Source: Marispirochaeta sp.
GTDB taxonomy: Bacteria > Spirochaetota > Spirochaetia > JC444 > Marispirochaetaceae
Assembly: GCA_963676835.2 (NCBI GenBank)
Contig: CAXXFF010000004.1
Span: 480,001 to 544,000, forward strand
Length of the DNA stretch: 64,000 nt
Direction: 5' to 3'
Below, piece by piece: positions 27,499 through 36,777 of the stretch. Each line of letters begins with the position of its first letter. Position 1 is the first letter of the stretch. Under the pieces are notes generated by a model that worked only from the letters and a program-made list of their open reading frames with translations, did no database searches and was not told the origin of the DNA. Made by a program: the position numbers and the translations under genes.

Positions 27499-29727
27499 AT
27501 GAGTGACGACGATCTTTATATATTTACCGAGGAAGAAGAATCGCTAATACATTCAAACTCCCGGCATGACAGCTGGGTTATTCTGATTGTGGATGATGAA
27601 CCTGATGTTCACCAGGTAACCGAATTTGCCCTTCGCGACATTCTGGTATTTAACCGGCCCATCACTTTTCTGCATGCATACTCAGCAAAAGAGGGCATCT
27701 CCATTCTGAACGCCAACCCTGACATCTGTGTGATCCTGCTCGATGTGGTTATGGAAAGCTCTGATGCCGGACTCAATATGGTGAAGGTTATCCGCCAGGA
27801 TCTTGGATTACACGCCCTACGGATTATTCTCCGTACCGGGCAGCCGGGACAAGTCCCTGAAGTTGATACCATTACGCAATACGATATTAACGACTATAAA
27901 ACAAAGAATGAGCTGACCAGAGACAGGCTGCTTACCGCCATCATCACATCCATCCGCTCCTGGAATCAGATTAAACAGATAGAAGCGGGACAGGTGGGGC
28001 TGGAAAAGATAATTCAGGCCAGTAATCAGCTGATCATGGAAGACGGTATTGAAGATTTTGCCGAAGGGGTCATTATTCAGCTGGCGGGGTTTCTCTCCCT
28101 TGATCCCGAAGGAATTATCTGCATAGAAGAGCATGAAGATGAATCTATCGGTAATTTTGATGATTTGCGCATTATTGCCGCGGCTGGAGAATACCGTCAT
28201 CTTATCAATCACAAAATAGGTGAACTGGATAATCCGGAGGCAGCGAAAGAGATTCAGCTTGCATTCTCTACCCAGGGAACCCATATAAGCCAGAACAGCC
28301 TGTCCCTCTATTTCAACGAACCTTCCCGGGGCAGAAACTTTGTTACCTGGCTGAGCAACGGGAACACCATGGAGGAGATAAATCATCACCTGCTGGAAAT
28401 ATTCTGTAAAAATATAAGTCTCTGTGCCCAGAATGTTGGGCTTATTGAGCTTTTAAAGGATCAGGCCTACCGGGATCCGCTGCTTGAAATTCCCAATCTG
28501 GCCATGCTTCATCAATACCTCCAGGATCTTTCTCACTGTGATGAATACAGTTCGTGTCGGGTTGCGCTTATCGATATTGACCGGTTTGGACAGCTGAATG
28601 ATTTCTTCGGCCACAGCTATGGCGATACGGTGCTCAAGGCACTGAACAAAACCCTCAGAGAACGGTTTGACCCCCGTATTTTTATTGCCAGAGCAGGGGC
28701 GGATATATTTACCCTGGTCGGTCCGGAGAAGATGTTTGACGATGGAAAACTGGAAACTCTGACTGAAGTTACCCTTGATGTGGAGAATACCGAACGAACC
28801 CTTACCTGTTCTATTGGAATCGCCCCCCTTCAGCCGGGAGAAAGCAGCACTATTTCCATGAACAACGCCGAAATAAGCCTTAAGCGTGCAAAAAGTATTG
28901 GAATAGCACAACTGGTCCGCTACAGCGATGAGATTGGCGCGGCAGTTCGCAGACATAACAACCTTCTCACCAAGCTGCAGCAGGCTATTCCCAGGAACCA
29001 GCTGAGATTGATGTATCAGCCCCAGTTCTCCATGCCCGACGGCAATCTCCAGGGCTTTGAAGCCCTGCTGCGCTGGAAGGACGATGAAGGGAACGAAATA
29101 TCTCCTGTTGAGTTTATTCCTATAGCTGAACAGGGAGGAATTATCGCTGCCATCGGGGAATGGGTTTTGTACACCGCACTTACCAGACTGAAACAGCTCC
29201 TGGACAGCGGATCCCGAGAGTTCATTATGGCCGTAAATGTTTCTGCAGAGCAGCTGAGCACTCCCGACTTTGTTGGAACCGTAAAGAAGGCCCTTGAGAC
29301 AACAGGAGTCCCCCCGCGGCTGCTTGAACTGGAGATTACCGAGTCCGTCTCTGCAATCGGCCTTAAGGAACTTATTTCAATACTCACTGCATTCCGCGAG
29401 ATGGGAATCAGTATTGCTATCGATGATTTCGGCACCGGCTACTCATCCCTCTCTTCCATTGACCAGTGGCCTGTGAACAAAATCAAAATCGATAAGTCTT
29501 TTATTCAGAAACTTCAGGAAGAAGAGAACAAAGGCCGCATAGTGGATCTTATTATTCCTCTCTCCAAAAACCTGGCCCTGCAGACCATCGCCGAAGGAGT
29601 TGAGACTGCAGAGCAGCATACAACCCTGACCAATATGGGCTGCGACATGGTCCAGGGCTATCTTACCGGCCGTCCCATGGAGGCAGATATATTACAAACA
29701 TGGATTAAAGACCGGACTGGTAAATGA
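27499..29727 (+). CDS. REC-DUF3369-GGDEF(degenerate)-EAL c-di-GMP phosphodiesterase response regulator
   Basis: IVDDE/LLDVVME/ILRTGQPG receiver; RAGADIF in place of GGDEF; EALLRW, ELEITES, DDFGTGYSS; promoter TTGACG-16-TATAAT at 27453-27480. Confidence 0.9.
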   Translation: MSDDDLYIFTEEEESLIHSNSRHDSWVILIVDDEPDVHQVTEFALRDILVFNRPITFLHAYSAKEGISILNANPDICVILLDVVMESSDAGLNMVKVIRQDLGLHALRIILRTGQPGQVPEVDTITQYDINDYKTKNELTRDRLLTAIITSIRSWNQIKQIEAGQVGLEKIIQASNQLIMEDGIEDFAEGVIIQLAGFLSLDPEGIICIEEHEDESIGNFDDLRIIAAAGEYRHLINHKIGELDNPEAAKEIQLAFSTQGTHISQNSLSLYFNEPSRGRNFVTWLSNGNTMEEINHHLLEIFCKNISLCAQNVGLIELLKDQAYRDPLLEIPNLAMLHQYLQDLSHCDEYSSCRVALIDIDRFGQLNDFFGHSYGDTVLKALNKTLRERFDPRIFIARAGADIFTLVGPEKMFDDGKLETLTEVTLDVENTERTLTCSIGIAPLQPGESSTISMNNAEISLKRAKSIGIAQLVRYSDEIGAAVRRHNNLLTKLQQAIPRNQLRLMYQPQFSMPDGNLQGFEALLRWKDDEGNEISPVEFIPIAEQGGIIAAIGEWVLYTALTRLKQLLDSGSREFIMAVNVSAEQLSTPDFVGTVKKALETTGVPPRLLELEITESVSAIGLKELISILTAFREMGISIAIDDFGTGYSSLSSIDQWPVNKIKIDKSFIQKLQEEENKGRIVDLIIPLSKNLALQTIAEGVETAEQHTTLTNMGCDMVQGYLTGRPMEADILQTWIKDRTGK

Positions 29728-31664
29728 AACAACGAACCTTCTATCTGCAGGTTCTTTTAGGTCTGCTTCTGGCGCTGGTCAGTAATTTTATTATAACCGG
29801 CGGAGCAATTATAACAGCCCGGGTATTTCAGATATCCGGGGTAATTTCCCATTCTTTAAATACCATTAGTAACAAGGGTATTCTGTACACTGAACGAATT
29901 CTTAATTCTGTGGAGAAACAGATCCGTATCTTATCCTTCGCTGCTATTGATGCCGACCAGAAACAGAGAATCTTCCTTATGCGCCAGGCGCTCTACGATA
30001 ACCATCTGGCCGATGCAATCTATTACCTGGAGCCGGAAGGACATGTAGTTGAGATTGCCCAGATAGTCACCAGCTTCATTCACGAGCAGGAGGTTAAAGG
30101 AAATGATTTTTCCAACCTGCCATTTTATCAGTCAGCGAAAGATTCCGAGCTGATAGTCTGGAGTGAAAAGTTCATTTCTCCCCTTACAGGAGAAGCCACC
30201 ATTGGAGTAGCATTTCAGCACAGCGGGTATGTGACAATAGCAGAGATCTCGATCCCGCGATTAATAGAAGACCTCCGGGACCTGGTTACCGATACCTATA
30301 CGGAGGCATGGATTTTCGACCGGCAGGGAAACCTTCTGGCCGATACGGAAGAAGATTCCGGAGGGATCATCGATACTGCCGGGAAAATGCTGCTTACCTC
30401 CGATGCCAGAACATGGAAGAGCGCGATTCCCGGCTTCTACACCTGGCATAACCAGCGGCTTCAGCTGGGGTCTGCAGTATCAGAGAAGCTCGGCTGGCGT
30501 ATAGTCGCGAGAAGCCCCTCATTTCTGAACAATCCCCTGATAACAACCACCATTAAAGATGTACTTCTCCTAATCAGCATATCACTGATTGTAGCCGCTA
30601 TTTTTACCATGCTTACGCTCCGGCGTCAAAGTTCAGCCATAAAAGGGCTGATTGATCTTTCCCGTAAGGTGGTTAAAGGTGATCAGAATCTGGTTTGGCC
30701 GGTTTCAAATATCCGTGAATATAATGAACTCTCTCTTGCCTTGAAAACAATGCTGGATAAGGTGCGGGACAGGGAAAGAACTCTTATAAACCTTAATGAA
30801 CAACTGGAAGAACGGGTAGAAAGAAGAACCGGCGAGCTGGCAAGCCGCAACGCGGAACTTTCACAAATGCTGCAGACCCTGCGTAAAACCCAGGAAGAGC
30901 TGATTCAATCCGAAAAGATGGCCTCCCTGGGACGGCTGGTGGCGGGAGTGGCCCATGAACTGAATACCCCACTGGGTAACAGTATTATGGCAATCAGCAC
31001 CGTAAGCCACAAAACCGGGGATTTCAGCAAATCCATTGAAGCGGGGATCACAAAAGGCGAACTTTCCTCGTATCTTGAAGATACGCAAAAGGGCCTGCAG
31101 ATTGCACAGCGAAACCTTGAACGGACAGCGGAATTGCTCACCAGCTTCAAGCAGGTTGCCAATGATCAGTCCAGTAACCTCAGACGAAGATTCCTGCTTG
31201 ATCAGATGCTGACAGAACTTCTTCAGACCCTCCACCCCACCCTTAAACGTATGCCCCATGCTCTGGAAACCGATCTTAATGAGGGAATCTATATGGACAG
31301 CTATCCGGGAGTACTGGGCCAGATAATGACCAATTTAATTAATAATGCTATTACCCATGCCTGGAAGGAAGGAGAAAAAGGCACCCTCCGCCTGGAAACA
31401 AAACGACGTGAAGACCAGGTGATAATAAAGGTGATCGACAACGGAAGCGGCATTGATGACAGCATAAAAAGAAGAGTGTTTGATCCATTTTTTACCACCA
31501 ACAGGGATGCCGGAGGTACAGGCCTGGGCTTAAGAATCGCAAGAAACGGCGCGGAAAATATACTGGGCGGTTCCCTCAGTTTTACCAGCAGTACCGGGGG
31601 AACCACCTTTACCCTCTCTATCCCGGTTAACGCACCGGTTATCGAGATAGAGAGAGACTACTGA
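29724..31664 (+). CDS. Sensor histidine kinase with Cache-like periplasmic domain
   Basis: Two TM segments; SEKMASLGRLVAGVAHELNTPLG, NLINNA, DNGSG, FDPFFTT, GTGLGL; ATGA overlap. Confidence 0.92.
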   Translation: MKQRTFYLQVLLGLLLALVSNFIITGGAIITARVFQISGVISHSLNTISNKGILYTERILNSVEKQIRILSFAAIDADQKQRIFLMRQALYDNHLADAIYYLEPEGHVVEIAQIVTSFIHEQEVKGNDFSNLPFYQSAKDSELIVWSEKFISPLTGEATIGVAFQHSGYVTIAEISIPRLIEDLRDLVTDTYTEAWIFDRQGNLLADTEEDSGGIIDTAGKMLLTSDARTWKSAIPGFYTWHNQRLQLGSAVSEKLGWRIVARSPSFLNNPLITTTIKDVLLLISISLIVAAIFTMLTLRRQSSAIKGLIDLSRKVVKGDQNLVWPVSNIREYNELSLALKTMLDKVRDRERTLINLNEQLEERVERRTGELASRNAELSQMLQTLRKTQEELIQSEKMASLGRLVAGVAHELNTPLGNSIMAISTVSHKTGDFSKSIEAGITKGELSSYLEDTQKGLQIAQRNLERTAELLTSFKQVANDQSSNLRRRFLLDQMLTELLQTLHPTLKRMPHALETDLNEGIYMDSYPGVLGQIMTNLINNAITHAWKEGEKGTLRLETKRREDQVIIKVIDNGSGIDDSIKRRVFDPFFTTNRDAGGTGLGLRIARNGAENILGGSLSFTSSTGGTTFTLSIPVNAPVIEIERDY

Positions 31665-31669
31665 TATCC

Positions 31670-32650
31670 TTACCGGCCAGTATCCGGATACACTTTGTCT
31701 TTTAACTGCCGTTCAATTTCATATACGTTTTCTCTGGTCACCAGAATGGTAGGAACAGTAATTTCCTTTTGTCCATTCCCGCCGGAAAAATACCGCACAA
31801 GCGAATAAAAAGCTTCCCGTCCCATTAAAACCGGCTGCTGCATGGAAACAGCAACCATTCGACCATCCTTGATGGCTTGAACATCTTCGGGACTGCCGTC
31901 AAATCCGACATGTAGAATCTCCCGGGAGCTGTGACTCAATACACTTCCGACAGCAATATTGGCGCCATAGTACTGGGTAAAAACCGCGGTCAAGTCCGGG
32001 TATTTTTCCAGAAGTTCTCTTATTATGGATTCTGCTTCCGACACAGAGTAATCCTCTGCTTCCACTACTTCCGCAATCGTCAAACCGGCTCCTTCAAGGG
32101 CGGATATAAAACCCTCAGTTCTGGCACGCCCGTTACGCCTTTCCTGTGATATGGCAATAACAGCTACCTGCCCATTCAGTCTGTTCTGATCGGCCAGCAT
32201 GGTAACCAGATACAAACCCACAGCAGCGGCGCCTCCACTGTTATTGGAGTCAATAAAACTGAGATACTCCCCCGAATCGGTACCGATATCACAAATAACC
32301 ACAGGGATACCTGCTTCTGCCGCAGCATTCTGCACCTGAACACAGGAAGAGGTTGAGACAGGGGAAATAATAATAGCGTCCACATTCTGATTAATAGCGT
32401 CCCCGGCCCGTTGAAGCTGAATCTCGGAGGTATTTTCTGAATCCATGGAAAGAATCTCCGCAGGCCCATACTCTTCAGCAGCTCGCTCTATTCCCTGCTG
32501 TACGACTGCCCAGAATTGAATAGACAGAGAAGGTGCAATATAGGCTATTCGCAGAGTTCTACCCTGCTCCGGAGAGGTGTCAGCTATCCCACCGGCAAAT
32601 GCCGGATATATCGACCCCAGTAATACAATGGCGATAATTTTTTTCCACAT
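31670..32650 (-). CDS. Periplasmic sugar-binding-type protein, paralog of 24143-25120
   Basis: Signal MWKKIIAIVLLGSIYPAFAGG; shares GIPVVICDIGT, VGFDGSPE, SMQQPV, VPTILVTREN with the paralog. Confidence 0.85.
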   Translation of the reverse strand: MWKKIIAIVLLGSIYPAFAGGIADTSPEQGRTLRIAYIAPSLSIQFWAVVQQGIERAAEEYGPAEILSMDSENTSEIQLQRAGDAINQNVDAIIISPVSTSSCVQVQNAAAEAGIPVVICDIGTDSGEYLSFIDSNNSGGAAAVGLYLVTMLADQNRLNGQVAVIAISQERRNGRARTEGFISALEGAGLTIAEVVEAEDYSVSEAESIIRELLEKYPDLTAVFTQYYGANIAVGSVLSHSSREILHVGFDGSPEDVQAIKDGRMVAVSMQQPVLMGREAFYSLVRYFSGGNGQKEITVPTILVTRENVYEIERQLKDKVYPDTGR

Positions 32651-32787
32651 TATGGCTCTTTCCTCATCCAGAATAGTAGTGAATGGATAACATTTTTGCA
32701 AAAACGGGCTGCCCGATTCATGGAATTTACCCGTCCGAGTATTTCTTCTATACTTGGATGCAGATTACTAAAACGGAAAGATTAATG

Positions 32788-32820
32788 AAGAAAAAGGCAG
32801 CCGTTGCCGACTGCCTTTTC
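32788..32820 (-). terminator. Rho-independent terminator of the AKR gene
   Basis: Minus strand AAAAGGCAGTCG-GCAA-CGGCTGCCTTTTT. Confidence 0.75.
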
Positions 32821-32843
32821 TGAATAACTTCAGGAATAAACTA

Positions 32844-33830
32844 TCAGGAAAATGCCTCCACATCCCTGCGCATAGAGGCCAGATCGGAAGCTTCGATGGT
32901 AAGTGCACCACCAGGGGCATTCTCCTCTATCTGGGAGATTTTTCTTGCCCCGCCAAGCACATGAACATTGCTTCCGGTTCCCTGGGAAGCGGTCCATGCA
33001 ATAACCAGCTGGGTCATGGTGCAGCTGTACTTGTCGCACAGAGATTTCCATTTCTCCGTGAGCTCAACAATTTTGACCAGATTCTCTTTCTCAAACCATT
33101 TAATCTTGCTCTTGGCAAGACCCATATTTACCGGTGTATCAAGACCATACTTACCGGTAAGAATACCCCGCTCCAGGGGAGAATAGGCCTGGAAGGTTAC
33201 ATTATGTTCCTTACACAGATCAAAGAATTCCGACTCCACCCGGCGGTCGAGCATACTGTACTTTTCCTGAATAAGATCAAGCTCCCCGTTGTTTACATAT
33301 TCCATAAACTGTTCTCTGTTGAGATTGGAAGCCCCGATGGCACGGATCTTTCCCTGTTTCTTTAAATCCATCAGGTAGCCCATGGTATCGCTGATAGGGA
33401 TGGGATACTCTTCAATTGCCTGCCAGTGAACAATATAGAGATCGAGGTAATCGGTTTGAAGCCTTTTCAGGCTCATTTCTATCTCCTCAGCAAGATGCTT
33501 CGGGCTTGCATTCCGGACAATCCGTACCCCGTCCCGTTCCATCAGCAGTCCGCCTTCTTTTACATCCCAGCGGATTCCGCATTTTGTAGCCAGAACATAA
33601 TCATCTCTCCGGCCTTTTAAGGCCTTACCGACAACCTCTTCACTATGGCCAAGTCCATATGCCGGCGCTGTATCCAGAAGAGAAATACCCAGCTCCCGGG
33701 CGCGGTGTATTGTCTTTATCGATTCATTATCATCACTTGGCCCCCAGTTACTGTCACCGCCGATTGCCCATGCGCCGATACCAACGACAGAGGCTTCAAT
33801 ACCCGATTTCCCGATTGTCATCTGTTTCAT
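32844..33830 (-). CDS. Aldo/keto reductase (AKR11/YdjG-like)
   Basis: GIGAWAIGG, DTAPAYGLGHSE, LATKCG, DLYIVHW, YSPLERGILTGK. Confidence 0.92.
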   Translation of the reverse strand: MKQMTIGKSGIEASVVGIGAWAIGGDSNWGPSDDNESIKTIHRARELGISLLDTAPAYGLGHSEEVVGKALKGRRDDYVLATKCGIRWDVKEGGLLMERDGVRIVRNASPKHLAEEIEMSLKRLQTDYLDLYIVHWQAIEEYPIPISDTMGYLMDLKKQGKIRAIGASNLNREQFMEYVNNGELDLIQEKYSMLDRRVESEFFDLCKEHNVTFQAYSPLERGILTGKYGLDTPVNMGLAKSKIKWFEKENLVKIVELTEKWKSLCDKYSCTMTQLVIAWTASQGTGSNVHVLGGARKISQIEENAPGGALTIEASDLASMRRDVEAFS

Positions 33831-33903
33831 GATGCTGCTCCTTATAGAAAATTATCCAATAGACTCTACAGTGCTTTGTAAGCCCTTACAAGTATACACT
33901 CTA

Positions 33904-33975
33904 TTGGATCGATACAAAAGCCCCTTATTGCGTACAAAATAGATATCAGCTATTCTGATATCTGATACACCTGAT
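33904..33975. promoter_or_regulatory. Divergent control region: LacI-like palindrome, promoter and second inverted repeat
   Basis: TTGGATCGATACAA (33904-33917); TTGCGT-17-TATTCT (33928-33956); AGATATCAG-5-CTGATATCT (33941-33963). Confidence 0.6.
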
Positions 33976-33993
33976 CAAACAACGGAGGATTTC

Positions 33994-34734
33994 ATGGGAA
34001 ATAAAGACATGCTGGTTATCAGTGCACATGCGGCAGATTATTGCACCAGAGCAGGGGGCACTATCGCTAAATATATAAAACAGGGATGGAAGGTTCACAT
34101 TATTGCCCTTACCCTGGGAGCTAAAGGAGAATCCGGAAGCTACTGGATAAACAATCCGGATGGCACTGTAGAAGAGTGTGAAGCAATCAGACAGAAAGAA
34201 TCCCAGGCTGCCGCGGATTTTCTCGGAGCCGAAATTGAATTTCTTAAATATAACGACTATCCTCTGACTATTGACGAAGAACGGCTTCGTCAGCTTACCA
34301 GAAGGATTCTCGATATACGGCCGGAAATAGTCCTTACTCATTACGAACAGGACCCGACAAATGTGGATCACCAGGTAACCTCCAAAGCGGTTATCCGGGC
34401 AGTAACCAACGCAGCCCAGATCGGGTCCTTTCCCAATACCCCGGCCCACCCTTTTCCCAACCTCTACTTCTTTGAGAGCACTGTTCCAATGTCGGAGTTC
34501 AACAACTTCAGTCCCGATACCTATATCGATATTGATGATGTGTTTGAAACCAAAATGGAAGCTATTAAACGCTTTGAGTGTCAGCCGCAGTTAGGCTTTT
34601 ACTACGGCCATTTCGCGGTTCACCGGGGTTTTCAGGCAACAAACTGGGTAAAGCGGAAGATTACCCACGCCGAAGGGTTCGTCCGCTATATTCCTCTTAT
34701 AACTGATGAATTTCCGTTGATAGAGAGAAAATAA
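33994..34734 (+). CDS. PIG-L/LmbE family protein, GalB (4-oxalomesaconate hydratase)-like
   Basis: VISAHAADYCTRAGGTIA, LGAKGES, DYPL, DPTNVDH, HRGFQA, HAEGF resemble the GalB subfamily as recalled. Confidence 0.75.
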   Translation: MGNKDMLVISAHAADYCTRAGGTIAKYIKQGWKVHIIALTLGAKGESGSYWINNPDGTVEECEAIRQKESQAAADFLGAEIEFLKYNDYPLTIDEERLRQLTRRILDIRPEIVLTHYEQDPTNVDHQVTSKAVIRAVTNAAQIGSFPNTPAHPFPNLYFFESTVPMSEFNNFSPDTYIDIDDVFETKMEAIKRFECQPQLGFYYGHFAVHRGFQATNWVKRKITHAEGFVRYIPLITDEFPLIERK

Positions 34735-34799
34735 GGAGAAGGGCCGGGGATGAGGGTCCTCTTCTGAATCAATGCTGCATTCTCCATGCGAAATCTGAC

Positions 34800-35600
34800 C
34801 TAGCCGTCGGCAAGCTGCTTCAAATAAGCACAGGTCTCACTGACTTCGGCCTGAAAGTTATCGGTAAACGCTTCAAGGCTTATACCCCCGGTGTAGCCGA
34901 TACCGCGAAGCTGATCAAAGAAACTGCGATAGTCCTGTCCATCTTCAGGCTTTGGAAAGACCCTCGCTTCAGGATTGGCAATATGGCAGTGAAGAAGCCC
35001 GTCTCCCGCCTGATTGATAATCTGCGGGGATTCATTTTCCAGAGCAAGATGATAGTAGTCAGCCAGAACCTTAACCGCCGGATGATCTGCTTCGCGGCTG
35101 AGACGAATACCCTCTGCCACACTGTTAACAATATTGCTCTCACCACGGTTCAGATGCTCGATAACGATGGTTATACCCCGCCGGGCTGCAGCCTCACCGG
35201 CAATACACAGAAAAGAGACGAGCTGCGTCCAGGCTTCATCCAGGGAGAATCCGGGCGGAACATTCCGGGCACCGGAACTGCCGAAACAGAGCAGCCCGCT
35301 TTCCAGTGCCGCTACCCGGTCCAGGGAACGTTCGAGGTAGTCCCGTATCTGCGCATCAGGAGTCTGCACACCGGTAAGCCGCATATCTGCGGGAATAAAA
35401 TTATTGCAGCACCGGCAGGGCAATCCGGAAGCCGTAACTTCCCTCCGCAGCGTCTGGAAATCAGCGTCGCCCAGCTCCATCATCTGTGCAACAGGAAGAT
35501 CAAGATAATCAAAACCCGCTTCTGCAATAAAGGGAACAGCCCAACGACCGACAGCATCGTTCTCATGGGCAAGCATATTGGTACAGCAACCTATCTTCAT
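34800..35600 (-). CDS. Sugar phosphate isomerase/epimerase (xylose isomerase-like TIM barrel)
   Basis: FGSSGAR, IEHLNRGE, DYYH, HCHIA, GYTGGISLE. Confidence 0.88.
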   Translation of the reverse strand: MKIGCCTNMLAHENDAVGRWAVPFIAEAGFDYLDLPVAQMMELGDADFQTLRREVTASGLPCRCCNNFIPADMRLTGVQTPDAQIRDYLERSLDRVAALESGLLCFGSSGARNVPPGFSLDEAWTQLVSFLCIAGEAAARRGITIVIEHLNRGESNIVNSVAEGIRLSREADHPAVKVLADYYHLALENESPQIINQAGDGLLHCHIANPEARVFPKPEDGQDYRSFFDQLRGIGYTGGISLEAFTDNFQAEVSETCAYLKQLADG

Positions 35601-35649
35601 TTTTAACTCCCGTAATCTTAAATCTTAAGAGACCTAACCCACCCCTGAA

Positions 35650-36777
35650 CTACCTGGTAATTGCCATTACTTCCTGCACCTCTCCTTTATCATCAAGAAG
35701 GGGAACATAGACAACATTGAGCTCAACCATGCCGTCAACACCGGGAAAATCCACCGTTGTTGATTCGACAGTACCGAATTCCATGGTGCGGCTTAAATAG
35801 GGATCCCAGGATTTATACAGATCCGGCCAAAGCTCCGAGTCCATACGGTCACGGTAAAAATCGGAGTCATGTCCGGAGATGCGGCAGGCAGCTTTATTCA
35901 CAAACTGAATTCTCCGGTCTTTGTTGTAGATAACCACCACATGCGGCAGGTTATCCAGAGCCGCCTGATACCGCTGCTCGTTCGATTGAAGAGCTTCCTC
36001 GTATTTACGACGGGAAGTAATATCCCGGCCGATACCCAAAACGCCTATTAACGCCCCTTCAGCGTCATGAATTGCAGTTTTTTTGGTCTCAAGCAGAACT
36101 TTCGAGCCGTCAGACCTGAAGGTTACCCATTCTTCATTGACCACCGGCTTATCCGCCTCCATGGCGATCTGATCATGGACACGGAAAAAATCAGCCTGAT
36201 CCTTTTCCACAAAATCGAAGTCTGTCCGGCCTACAATATCGGCTTCCCTTGCTCCGAAAAAATCTTCAAATCTGCGGTTACAGGAAAGATATACACCCTC
36301 AGTATCCTTCACCCAGACAAGATCCGGAATATTCTTAACCAGAGTGCGCATTAAGGCTTCACTATTCTGATGCCTCTTATACATCTCGAAAAGCTGAAAT
36401 GCCATTTCGATTGATGACTGCAGGACAAAATCCCCGGAATTTTTAATGATATAGCCGTAGCGGGTAATTCCCCGCACCCGGTCCACCATCTCTTTTTCCG
36501 AGTGAGCAGTAAGAAAGACAATGGGACAATCATACTTTTCCAGGATAATTCTGGCCGCTTCAGTTCCATCAATCCCGGTGCCCAGATCAATATCCATAAG
36601 AATGAGATCTACCTTGGTGCCGCTGAAAACTGTCTCAACCGCTTTCTCCCCGGAAATTGCGGTAAGTACATTATAGCCAATTGCTTTAAGCTTCATCTCT
36701 TCCGCAAGGGAAATGATTACCTGATCCTCAACAAGAAGAATTGTACGAGAATGTTGCGCCTCTTTCAGATCAGCCAT
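35650..36777 (-). CDS. REC-PAS-PAS signalling protein without output domain (possibly truncated)
   Basis: LLVEDQ, LMDIDLG, FLTAH receiver; two PAS domains; GGAGGTG SD before ATG 36777; ends abruptly at MAITR*. Confidence 0.8.
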   Translation of the reverse strand: MADLKEAQHSRTILLVEDQVIISLAEEMKLKAIGYNVLTAISGEKAVETVFSGTKVDLILMDIDLGTGIDGTEAARIILEKYDCPIVFLTAHSEKEMVDRVRGITRYGYIIKNSGDFVLQSSIEMAFQLFEMYKRHQNSEALMRTLVKNIPDLVWVKDTEGVYLSCNRRFEDFFGAREADIVGRTDFDFVEKDQADFFRVHDQIAMEADKPVVNEEWVTFRSDGSKVLLETKKTAIHDAEGALIGVLGIGRDITSRRKYEEALQSNEQRYQAALDNLPHVVVIYNKDRRIQFVNKAACRISGHDSDFYRDRMDSELWPDLYKSWDPYLSRTMEFGTVESTTVDFPGVDGMVELNVVYVPLLDDKGEVQEVMAITR

